A DNA stretch of 60,628 nucleotides, the filler included, from Catajapyx aquilonaris (Eukaryota), in assembly GCA_000934665.2 (NCBI GenBank). It is 4 parts of 4 records of this genome, joined end to end, with 100 filler letters (N's around TTAATTAATTAA, not from the genome) between each part and the next. Parts side by side here need not be neighbours in the genome. Positions count along the whole stretch, not along the records: positions 30,389 to 45,425 come from JYFJ02007614.1; 3 more parts are not named here. One strand, 5' to 3'. This document shows, piece by piece, positions 34,685 through 45,525 of the stretch. Numbering within the stretch: position 1 is the stretch's first letter; each line of letters begins with the position of its first letter. The notes under the pieces were generated by a model. That model had not been told where the DNA came from and made no database searches. It saw only the letters and a list, made by a program, of their open reading frames with translations. A program made the position numbers and the translations under genes.

Positions 34685-37600
34685 ATGGGTGGAACCGTGG
34701 GTGGAACGAAGGTGGCTTGGAGCACACAGAAGGCTCTCATGGTCCTGCTGCTTGTGTTCCTCACGTCGGTTGGAGCACTGAGCTTCGTTTACACCAAGTT
34801 TCCAAAGGTGGAAGAGTAAGTTGAAGAAAAAAAAAGAAAAAAAAAGGAAAAGAAAAGGCAGGGGATCGGTGGGTTCAAATTGAAGGATGGTAATATTTTT
34901 TTCCCCAGAAAATGGGGCTAGGTTCAGACATGGTGCAACATCTGGATGCAATGCAAAGTACAGCTGACTTGACATTTTTGTTCATATAATCTCACATTAA
35001 CAAACAAACAAAATCGAATTGGAGAGCAGATAATTAACAATTTGAATTGGCAATACTAAAGGCCATTTCACAAAAAAATGTCGCGCGGCAAACGGCGCGC
35101 GTTGCGGCAAATTTATTATTTATATTTATTATTGCCAACAATTGGCAACAATAAATATAAATAAAAAATTTGCCGCAACGCGTGCCGTTTGCCGCGCGAC
35201 ATTTTTTTTGTGAAATGGCCTTAATACAGTAAAACCTTGATATAATGCTCTTCAAGGGCCCGCCCAAAAGTAGCGTTATATGCAGGAATATTTACCTTAT
35301 GGAAATGATCAAGGGACCAGAAAAAGGGGTGTTAAAAGCGGGAAAGCGTTGTATGCAGGAGTGTTTTACTGCATAGCAATGAAGGTCAAGTTTCCTCATG
35401 CTGTGTAAATGACCACATGGTAACCTGCTGTTGATTGCATCATACAGTGCCCTCCAAGTATGTGGGTATTTTCAGTTAAATGGGAAATTTTGCTCAAAGT
35501 TAAGTTGTCATTTGTTGCACACCCACCCAAATGCCCTGTTTTATGGTGCGTTTACATGTGAGCGATTTGACGAGCAAAGTCATTTGCCAAGGCTGAGTAA
35601 CCCAAGTAACCAATATTGTTTGAGGCAAAAATCAATTGTTAATTTCAGCCTCAGACGATTTAGCTCGTCAAATCGCTCACTTTATAGCAGCTGATACATT
35701 TGACGGCAGGGAAATAATAGGGGACTTGGATCTAGGTGTCGAATTATGCAGCTGCTGCTATATTCGACCACCTCAGCCTTGGAATAATTTGGCATCCAGA
35801 TTGAGATGCCCAGTTGTATAGCAGCTGCTGTATTCAACTGCCTAGGAATAATTGGGCACATTGATTGGAGTATGAAAAGATGCACAAAAATTACAATTTC
35901 AAGTGAAATATGCAGTAATTAAGGACCTGGATACTTGGAACACCCTGTTTAAATAATTCAATGAGGATTCATTCAATTCATAGCAGCGGCAATCAGGATT
36001 GGCTGCATTTGGTGCATATGATCAGCAATGATCAATGTGCAGTGAATGTTCAACCACACTCAAAGTATGAACCCAAAAGCAACAATTTTGGCCATTTTCT
36101 AGACACACAATTAGATTGTTTGCTACTCAGGGAAGGTTGTATCCCACTTGATGAAATGCGTGCCACAGATTTTGCATTTGATATTTTCACCTGCTCTGAA
36201 AGATAAAGCGTATGAATGGGAAAACATCAGACTCCACTGCCAAGTCCTTCATCTATGCTTGTATGTCAACAGACACTTCATAGAAATGTTTACAAGCACG
36301 CAGAAGAACTCTGGACTGGAGCCAGTTTTAATATTTTATCTCGTTCCATTTTTTACTGAGGTTAGATACCCTTCCAGTTACAATAATCGGCCAAACAATT
36401 GTAACGATAAGAGATGAAAAATTCAGTAGTATAACTGACCAAAAGTTCAATAGTACCATCATCAATGAGCACTTTGCACTATGTTGATTATTATTCAAGA
36501 GGCATGTGGCTTGATGTTTTACTAGGTGAAACTGTCAGCTGTTCTTTATCACAATAGCACTGTTTGGTTCCATTTTGATAAACCCACTAATTCATGTACC
36601 TCACAGCATAAATCTCTGACTGTTTTTGTTTTTCAGGGATGAAAAAGCATTTTTGAAACTACCCAAGGACATTGATGATGCCAAAAATCTGGGACGCGTC
36701 TTGTCTAGATATAAAGACAGATACTATGCTGAGGTCCTGGGAGGAGTTTTTGTCACCTACATTTTGTATCCTTTTGTCAAGAATTTTTGGAGAAACTGTC
36801 TCGCTTATATGGGTGCTGCTTGGTAGCCATACTAATCACTTGAGTTGCAGGACATGTAAAACAATGTGCATGACATATTGCTTGGATGCTTATCTGTTGT
36901 TTTTTTTGAAACCTGGGTAAAGGTGCTTGATCAGATAGGATTCATTCCAAGTCTCTAATGTGACTGGTTATGTCAAATATTCTGCACAAGTGCAATATTT
37001 TAGGGCAAAATCCATGCACTTTGCTCAGTGTATCCTATCTGCCCATACCCTTATGCCCAATTGCACAATCGAAATTACCGATTAGATCGCTCCTAACAGA
37101 TCGTTAGCACATGTTAAAAGGGCTCCTAACGATCCATTAGGAGCTATCGAATCAGTAATTTTGATTGGTGCAATCGGGCATTAGTGAACTTATTACATCA
37201 GTTTACACTGAAAGGCTACAATATCAACTCTGAAATTAGTCCAGCATAGGCCCATTTTTCCTCATACTTTTCAGAGAGGCAAATTAAAGTTTCAAAATGC
37301 TTGACGTAAAATTAATTGTTAGAATATGAGTTTTCCTGTGCCACTTCATACAGCTGGAAATGGCTGGAAAAATCCCAATGCTAGAGAACCAGTTATAAAC
37401 CAACAGTGTTAGCGTGTGTTCTTATTTTTAGCCATTTAATTCCTTAATTAAAAAATCAGCTTGCAAACATTTGCAATTCCAGGGTCAATATTTTTGTCCA
37501 TCTTGTGTGGATTCTTGTTCCCATTCTGGATTGCCCTAGTCCTTGTTTGCTTTTGTTCAGCAACTGGAGCATCCTTCTGCTACCTCTTGTCTTTCTTGGT

Positions 37601-38164
37601 GGGACGAAGACTTGTCTACAAGTATTTCCCAGAGAAGGCAAGGTCATGGGCTGAGACGGTGAGGCTGACAATACAACCATGAATACACGAGAAAACAATA
37701 ACTCAATTTAACTTTACAGGTGAACCGACATCGCAGCCACTTGCTCAATTACATGATTTTCTTGAGGATAACGCCATTCCTTCCCAACTGGTTCATCAAC
37801 ATCACTGCACCTGTCATTGATGTTCCACTTGTTACCTTCTGGTTAGGAACATTCCTAGGTAAGCAAGCTGCCTTCACTTGAATATGATACATGGCCATTC
37901 AATGTTTTAAATTTTTTGTAATTTTGCGTTGGAGATTCATCCTTCCCCATTTTCTTGGAACGTGCTTGAGTGTAAATAAATCCCTAACTTTCAGGTGTGG
38001 CTCCCCCCTCATTTGTTGCAATTCAAGGAGGGACCACTCTCCATCAGCTGACCTCGTCGAGTGATGCTGTCTCATGGAATTCCATATTGGTTTTGGGAGC
38101 ATTTGCGGTCCTCTCCATTCTTCCTGTTCTTTTTAAGAGTAGGCTTAGATCTAAGTTTGATTAG
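34685..38164 (+). CDS. TMEM41B: Transmembrane protein 41B / stasimon (VTT/DedA family), 5 exons, 255 aa
   Basis: Exons 34685-34815, 36637-36765, 37460-37658, 37720-37858 and 37995-38164 join in phase (768 nt). Motifs include LKLPKDIDDAKNLGRVLSRYKD, YIFLQTFAIPGSIFLSIL, FLRITPFLPNWFINI and GVAPPSF. Confidence 0.95.
35060..35221. mobile_element. PIF/Harbinger-type palindromic MITE
   Basis: TAA|AGGCCATTTCACAAAAAAATGTCGCGCGGCAAACGG...CCGTTTGCCGCGCGACATTTTTTTTGTGAAATGGCCT|TAA. Confidence 0.85.
36766..37459 (+). other. U12-type (minor spliceosome) GT-AG intron of TMEM41B
   Basis: The 5' splice site is GTATCCTTT at 36766. The branch site TTCCTTAAT at 37440-37448 ends 11 nt before the intron end, and there is no polypyrimidine tract. 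Splicing restores YIF|LQTF. Confidence 0.93.
37051..37184. mobile_element. Palindromic MITE inside the U12 intron
   Basis: ATGCCCAATTGCAC..GCTCCTAA..GATCGTTAG is mirrored by CTAACGATC..TTAGGAGC..GTGCAATCGGGCAT. Confidence 0.7.
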
Positions 38165-38542
38165 GAACCAAATATCTGCATTCCACTTGTGATTGTTATT
38201 TTGGTGGGAAGAATGTTTCAGTGTTTATATGTATTTATTCTGGACAAAATATTAACAGGCATGGCTGGTATCATGCAAGTATGCAACATATTCAGTGATT
38301 CAAATAGTATGTTTTTAGTTGTTGGATTTCAACATGATGATTTACTTTAATGGTGTTCGTTATGGTACAAACTTTCATTGCTGGCTCTATTTCATTATGA
38401 AGTCAACTTAATCTTGATTTCATTATGCAGTTTAATACCATCTCAAATGGAAGTTTTGCCCACTACTAGTTTTCTGGCTGTTTTACAAATTACATTTTAT
38501 GGTGCTGTCAATCAGGTGATACAAATGTACCGAAAAGGTTTA

Positions 38543-38790
38543 GGGGCGGCATGATGGTGTAGTGGCTTACATCACAACCTTCCACTCTGAGTTCGATCCG
38601 TGGCTCGGACAAAGGATTCTCATGTGGAAAGGGTTTCGAGAGAGGTTTTCTCCCATGTGTGTGTGGGTTTTCTTGGGGGTCACATGTTTTCTGCCACATT
38701 CCAAAAATCTCTTCCCCACCTACCCACTCTATGCCAGATAACCTTAGTTTCTTTGTCACCACCAGTCAACCGACCAAAAAATGCTTGAAT
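38543..38790 (+). mobile_element. tRNA-derived SINE (V-core-like)
   Basis: TGGTGTAGTGG A-box, GTTCGATCC B-box, then a TTCTCCC..TGTGTGGGTTT...CCACATTCCAAAAA core. Confidence 0.65.
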
Positions 38791-39050
38791 TGATAGTGAA
38801 AGAAAGTGAAAAAGTGAAAGTGAAAGTGATTTTCACTAGTGAGATGTTTCATACAGCAGGTAGATGAAGGTACCCAGAACAAAGGCCACTAGTGAAACAT
38901 TGGAAATGAAAGGTTGTAAGTGTTGTAAAGGGTTATCCATGCTAACAGAATGAGCTCAGGGAAAATACTAGGATAACTTGTCTCCAGCCAACCTGTGTGG
39001 TGCTGGAATTTGAACGGTTTGATCTGCCTGGAACCGGTGGACCTCCACAG

Positions 39051-39735
39051 ATGTATGTCAAGATCCACACCAGCTATGGATGGTTGATGAAGTGCACTGC
39101 AGTGACAATAGGAGAAGACTGTGACAGCAAGTACAACCAAGTAGATGACAAGGCGGACTGTCATTCCATGCACTGGAGCCTGGTTTAAAGGTCACGTTGT
39201 TGGCAACAAGAAGAACCCCAAAGGCATTCAGTTACCTGAGTAGTGGGGAGTGGACAAAGAGATGAAAGATGAATGCAAATACAGCTTATCATGTTTGATG
39301 GCAATGAAGACAAACCAAATCATTGGCTCATCCTGCTTGACGTCTGGCCCTTATGCCTGCAAACATGCTTTACTGGACCAAGTGCAGACTGAAGACAGGA
39401 TATTGGCCAACTAAAACCTGGAGTTCCGTAGGGCACAAGGCTTGTGGTATGAATGTGAGGTGACATCTCAGGTGACAGGTCAGAAAAAAAGAGCAAACTG
39501 GGCATTCTGCACAAGGCCTATCAGTAGGTGGTAGAGTTGAGAGGAAGTCCTGGTTATTGAGAAACCAGTAAAACAAATCAGTGGTTATCTCCTGGCAAAA
39601 TGCAGCATGTCGAAGGAAGGGGACTCTGGATGCATGTGCATACTTGTTTTGATCATCCCATATGCAAGTGCAGGGATTTGACAATGGAAACATGAACCAG
39701 AGAGGCCTAATGGAAACTCCTTCAGGGATTGGCAC
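39051..39735 (+). pseudogene. UHRF1: Decayed, internally deleted UHRF1-like copy 1
   Basis: Pieces appear in UHRF1 order: MYVKIHT (UBL start); DSKYNQVDDKADC..GAWFKG, IMFDGNED and ILAN*NLE...GLWYECEVT (tandem Tudor); IEKP; HTCFDHPICKCRD (pre-PHD); GNSFRDW (before SRA). Stops and frameshifts are present. Confidence 0.8.
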
Positions 39736-39916
39736 CAGGTGGCAAGACTTGACAGCATCATTCATCATTCTCAACCAGTTGTCGTAGTATTTTCTTTGCT
39801 CATTCTGTTAGCTGTGCATATCCCTTTAAAACTGCAACTGAGGGACAACTAATCACCATCTGACATTTCATTTTATTTGCAGTCAACCATCAAAACCATG
39901 CAAAATAGTGCATGGT

Positions 39917-40457
39917 CTGAAGGAGTCTCCAGGTGGCCTCTCTGGTTCAAGTTTCCATTGGGAAACCTGACATCCGCTGTGGGGCGATCTAAACAAGTAT
40001 GCACATGGTTACAGAGCCCACTTCCTTTGTGTGCTGTGTTTTGCCAGTGGATCACCACTGATTTGCTTTCCTGGCTTCTCAATAAGCACTAATTTCTCCC
40101 TACCTTGCACTCTACTATCTTCAGGTAGGCCTTCTGAGGAATGCCCAATTTGCTCTTTTTCTGACACTGATGTCACATGACATTCATACCACTAGCCTGG
40201 CTCCTTAGGGGACTCAAGGTTGAAGTTGGCCAATATCATGTCATCAGCCTATGTTTGGTCCAGTCAGGAATGTTTGTAGGCACTTCACCGGATGTCAAGT
40301 AGGAGGAGCCAACAATTTGGTTCATCTTCATAACCATCAAACATGATAGGTATATGCATTCATCTTCTTTCTGCTTGTCCATGCCCACTTACTCAGGTAA
40401 CTGAATGCTTTTGGGGTTCTTCTTTATGCCAACAACAAGACCTTTAAACCAGGCTCC
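39917..40457 (-). pseudogene. UHRF1: Decayed UHRF1-like copy 2 (inverted)
   Basis: The minus strand reads GAWFKGLVVG, IMFDGYEDEP..DIR, ILANFNLESPKEPG*WYECHVT and HTCLD. It is collinear with 39175-39725. Confidence 0.8.
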
Positions 40458-41994
40458 TGTCCACCACGTCAAGAGAAGGCTCTGTGAGTACTATAAATGT
40501 ATTACTCACTCGAGTAATGTTCTCTTGGCATGGTGGTCTGTCGTGATCCATATGAAAGTGTATCACTTGTCACAGTTTTCCCCCTATTTTCAGAACAGAT
40601 AAAGTACTTTCCTGCTTGTTGTATGTGAGTAGACCATAGACTGTTGAATGTTAACATATTTTGAACATACAAGGTTGTATGGTGGTATGCATAAATTGAC
40701 ACCTCTCACAATGGGACTGAGTCAAACACAATGGATTACTTGCTCTAATGGGCTACATACATTCCAGTCCTGTGTTCACATCAGGATCTACCAGTGGGGA
40801 TACACAAGCATGATAGTGGCTAAATCATAATGTTTTTAACTTGCCCCCATTGTTGCAGATATCGACATTGTACCAACTTGTGTTTTGTAAATAATGCAGT
40901 GATAGAATTGGAGCCAGGTAACGGGGATAATGTCATGTTAATGGAAAGTGATCTCATAATTTGTATCTCTGCAAGTAGCCTCTGGTATTGTATCATTGTG
41001 ACATCTAAATCAAGAGATCGCTTTGGTGCTGCATTTATATAACTATGCCTTAACCAAAGTGAATGAGTTAATAGTCAACAATTTTTCCCTCCCTGGATGA
41101 TTTTATGAAGATCCTGTACAGAATGAGTTTTTCAAATGGTCAGAGAAGGACGAGCTCCTCGAGGACCTGACCTGTTGTTCCAAGGACAATGAGGTGATAA
41201 ATATATTATGCTTTAAAAAAAATATTTTCAAAGCACCGCCAAATGTAATTTGTGAAATTGCTTTTATTTGCAAAGTAGGAGGGATGACTGAAAAATTCAC
41301 TGTGCCAGCTGTAAAAGGTGTGTGGGATATTCATTCATAAAGGGGGAAATATTAGTCAGCAATTAAGAATTTTAGATAATTGTACATTTAAAAGTTGAAA
41401 TGGGTAAGAAAATGATGACATTGCAAAACATATGTAAAAATATCTCATGAATTGCACAACCAGCTAGTTATTTTTATCCAGGCCTGATTTATGCCTCATT
41501 TGTCAGTTTCATGCCTCATGGGAGATGACAAAGAAGGCTTTATTATTAATTCTAGCTGCTTTTTTGTAATTTTTGTAATGACTAAAAAATTTGTAATGTC
41601 AATGTACATTCCAAATTTACGCTTGTGTTTTACTGTTAAGTAATTAATGAGCGATTGTAATATTTTCCCTTTTGGAGAGAACCCTCATGTGACTGTACTG
41701 AAATACATTTAAGCGGAAGTAAATCACCTTGAGTTACTGAAGCCACTCTTTGTACATGCATTTCTGATGAATTTGATTTCCATTACCTCTTGAGTTTAAA
41801 CAATATACCACCTCGATTACACAAGGGGTCAATCACTTGGCAGTTGAGCGTACAACGGACTTGATGAGTGATTTATCCCTTGATATTACAGGCGTTTGCT
41901 TCACCTGCAGAGGATTTTAAAAGTTGTATGCAGTTGGATCTCAACTTTCATTGAAATATATCTGAATCTTATGCATGCCACTTGTACAGTACTG

Positions 41995-42084
41995 TACTAT
42001 ATTGCTCAAAAAGATAGAGACGATTTTGCATTTGACTCGAGAGTCAAATGCAAAATCGTCTCTATCTTTTTGGGCGATATAGTA
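41995..42084. mobile_element. 90-bp palindromic MITE
   Basis: Near-perfect palindrome centred on GACTCGAGAGTC. Same family as 12022-12127. Confidence 0.85.
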
Positions 42085-42429
42085 CACTGTGCAAATCCCC
42101 AATTTGAGGAAAAAGTTGTGGCTTGTTTATCCAGCAACATTCGTGCCCATGAATCAACTGGTTGCTGGTGTGAACAATCCATAACTTATTCCACATGGCA
42201 TCCTGTACATTCCATAATCAATAAATTATGATTGCTGAAGATACATATTTGAAATGAGTGGGTCAGGATAATACTATCGATTTTAATTTTTTACATCAGC
42301 CTGTTGTTTTAAACATGATTGCATTACTCTCGCATCCGCATATTTCTGTATTAATAGCGTGCGATATGAAGTGTGGCAATGAGAGTATCTCCAGCAAGTG
42401 CCCCTCTTCATCTGGCAAGCTCAAATAGC

Positions 42430-42850
42430 AGGTTGTTGACGTCGCAAATCCGCCATTCCCGTCTTGTAACTGGATTTTGGGGGGCTCCTACGTCACATCC
42501 AAAAATCCAAGCATTAGGCCGCCATCTTGAATCACGTGATCCGTCCCATTGGCTCATTCAAAAGCCGCTTATTCACACAAATAGCTGTCTGCTACACTGC
42601 TTCAATGAGTTCGATGTAGCCGCTCGGCTACTATCAGCCCACGAGTACCAACATGGCCGCCTCCAGTTGCACCAAAAAAAACGAACCTATCCCCCCCTGC
42701 GCCATTAGAAAAAAAAAAAGGGTTGCAGTAGCAATGTAGATACCCCCCGGAAAAGAAAGAGGCTGTCTGAGGGACTGACATTTCGGAAGGACTGCGGGCC
42801 TGGACCAGGGGCGAGTATGAAGCACGGGTTGGACCACGGAGAAGGCAGGT
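42430..42850 (+). promoter_or_regulatory. Putative promoter and non-coding first exon of the zinc-finger gene
   Basis: A CpG-rich patch carries TGACGTC, YY1/Pho-like GCCGCCATCTT and AACATGGCCGCC, E-box TCACGTGA and ATTGG. A donor CAG|GTAAAT lies at about 42848 and an acceptor TCGCAG at 43839. Confidence 0.55.
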
Positions 42851-43858
42851 AAATAAGATCCGGACGGGCGGTTGAAGGTCGACTGGTTTGATCTCTTACA
42901 TAACTCTGATGGGGTTGACCTAGGTAATGGAACGGCGGGGGGATGGTTGAAGATGAGGGTTGTGGACCACTGGGGATGATGACATGTCTTGGCAAAGAGA
43001 TGCCCAGAGGGGGTTAAAGTGGGGTTTGGTTTTGTGGCGGGGGAGAGATTTTTTTCGTAATGGGGGGAAGGTGTGTATGAGGAAGGAGAGGAAAAAGTAG
43101 GTCACATGTTGAGGAATGCCAATGGCCTCTTGGGAGAGGTTTTTTTTCCCTTTGCTGGAGGATGTCCCCTCTCTGGTGTGGTCTTGGGTGCGGGGTTGTG
43201 GTGACAACGAGTAGTAGCGCCATGTCTTAAACAAGAGGCAAACTTGTATGTACAGAATGTTCAGGTATTTTTAGCAAATTATGGAAATACGTAGCATGGA
43301 GACATTATCTCTCAGTCATAGTGAAATGCTTGATGCGTCATATGGTAATAGTGACTAACTTATTCACACCATGGGAAAATTTGAATCGGTAAGGCTAGGG
43401 CAGGATACTGATGAGAAAGTGTTTTCGTTAGAGATTGGAGCCCACTTGTCATTTTGAGTACAGGCCATAGAAAGTTTCACTCTTAAGTAACCTTGTCGAA
43501 CAAATTCGGAGTAATGAGAATAAAGTAACTGCCATTACCTGTAATAGTTGGATGGCATTAGCGTTATTATGACTTGTACATTAATGGCAAGGTGATGTCA
43601 TCCAAATTTTAAAAATAGGATAGTAGTTACTTGTAGGAACATGAAGCTACAAGCCGCTCATATATTTTGACAGCTCTTAACTAAATAATTGTGGCATTGT
43701 GGTAACTTCAGAAACTATTTTTAGGATTTGTACTCAGAAGGTTAAAACTCTTTGTGGTTGTGTAAGGTATAAATTATTGTGTTACTGTGCAAATATTAAA
43801 GATGCATTTTTCTCCCTGGATACATCTTGGTCATCGCAGACACACATCAACAGGTAGA

Positions 43859-44647
43859 ATGAGTGAGGCTGACAACTGTTGTGTGAGCAGCCCTGTAGGA
43901 GAAGATGTGGTCGGCGGAAATGGTGGAGGTAGTGGAGCCGGAAGTGGTGCTGAAAATCCATCCAGCCCTGAAAACAAGGATGAGGAACCTTTCACAAACC
44001 ACCATCACCATCCGAAAGAAGAGGATTGTCCTGAAGACATGGACTCAGAAGAGCGGGAGGTTGACCTGTCCACAAAATCGCAAGCTAATGCAGGAGGAAA
44101 TGGAAGCAATTATGACTCAAGCGATGGTTCTCAATATTGCAAGTGTGACTGCGAGTTTGAAGCTGGCAGTCATGCTTGTCTTGATGCGCACTCAAGGGAG
44201 GGTGGCTCAGCCACCTCAAATCGGAGGCTTTTTGAATGTGACGTGTGTGGAATGAAGTTTTCTAATGGAGCTAATATGCGTCGCCATCGCATGCGCCACA
44301 CAGGGGTGAAACCGTATGAGTGCCGCACCTGTCAGAAGCGATTCTTCCGCAAGGATCATCTTGTGGAACATCAAACCACTCATTCGAAGGCACTTCCATA
44401 CCACTGCCCCATTTGCAATAAGGGCTTCCAAAGGCAGATTGCAATGAGGGCGCACTTCCAAAATGAGCATGTGGGTGGGCAGAATGATGTTATCAAGAGC
44501 TGCCCTTTGTGCAGCTTCAAGGCAGGGACCATGAAGGGGCTGAGGGTGCACTTCATCAATAGGCATGGGATTGATCTTGACAACCCTGCGACAGGGAGCA
44601 GCAGTGGCTCCAGCACAAGCACACAGGTGGGTGAACCTAGTGTTTAG
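43859..44647 (+). CDS. C2H2 zinc-finger protein (4 fingers), about 262 aa
   Basis: ATG at 43859 (MSEADNCC). Fingers are CDVC..HRMRH-TGVKPY-ECRTC..HQTTH, CPIC..HFQNEH and CPLC..HFINRH. An acidic N-terminal region contains a CtBP-like VDLS motif. A possible extra donor lies near 44627. Confidence 0.88.
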   Translation: MSEADNCCVSSPVGEDVVGGNGGGSGAGSGAENPSSPENKDEEPFTNHHHHPKEEDCPEDMDSEEREVDLSTKSQANAGGNGSNYDSSDGSQYCKCDCEFEAGSHACLDAHSREGGSATSNRRLFECDVCGMKFSNGANMRRHRMRHTGVKPYECRTCQKRFFRKDHLVEHQTTHSKALPYHCPICNKGFQRQIAMRAHFQNEHVGGQNDVIKSCPLCSFKAGTMKGLRVHFINRHGIDLDNPATGSSSGSSTSTQVGEPSV

Positions 44648-45425
44648 GCCTAATCAAGTTGTGGCGACAAAATGTGAAGCCCTACTTCATCAATGAAGCC
44701 TTCAAATATGTCACACAGGTGTGATTCTATACTCTTGCCCCCAAGTATCTTGTCCGTAACTTTAACTGTGCCATTTCTGAATTATCTGGAAATGTTTTCG
44801 ATCATGATGCCGCTAGAAAATTTATTACAGAAGCAAACAATGTGTATTGGGTGCTTGAGTATTGGGTGTATTGGGATCCTTTTAGTAATCAGAACTTTTA
44901 TCCAAAGCTGTTCATTTTGTGCAGCTTTTTGCACCTGTGTTGAGGTGCCAAATTATTCCCAGTTGTGTCGAATATGGGAGCCAGTCATATTGGGTGTAGT
45001 TTATTACCTGGTGACCTTAATTGGGGCACAGAAAGCTACACAAAAATGACAGTTTTGTGAGTTCTGATGATAAATAAAAGGACACAATACTTGGAATGAC
45101 CCACACAGTGTATAGGACTGTAGGCCTATGTACTGAGCTCTTCCCTATTTCCGCATGGTTAGTACTGTAGCTAGTACTGGGGCTAGTACATACATTTATG
45201 TTTCTACATTATGCAATTTATATGCTGTATCTTACAGTTAGCTGGGTTTGTCATGTTGTAGTAATTTTTTCTAATATGGTATGCACTTAAACCGGTATTT
45301 GGGATTTATTTGCAGCAGATTTGAGTGATGGGTCATTCCATGTCAATTCACCGAGCCCCCTGACCCTTGGGTTGTCAGATGTTGACGAAAATCGGCGAAT
45401 CGCTTTAATTACGTCTTTCAAAAAT

Positions 45426-45525
45426 NNNNNNNNNNNNNNNNNNNNNNNNNNNNNNNNNNNNNNNNNNNNTTAATTAATTAANNNNNNNNNNNNNNNNNNN
45501 NNNNNNNNNNNNNNNNNNNNNNNNN
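45426..45525. other. Assembly gap spacer
   Basis: N-run, TTAATTAATTAA, N-run. Confidence 0.95.

Noticed and set aside
33711..35947. One large element with CAGGGTGTTCCAAGTAT TIRs capturing the wgn/TMEM41B promoter
   Set aside because: Better explained as two separate copies, since another left end lies at about 35445 and a right end at about 33920.
38997..39188. Endogenous viral glycoprotein fragment
   Set aside because: The downstream frames match the UHRF1 Tudor domain in order, which explains the Cys/Trp pattern better.
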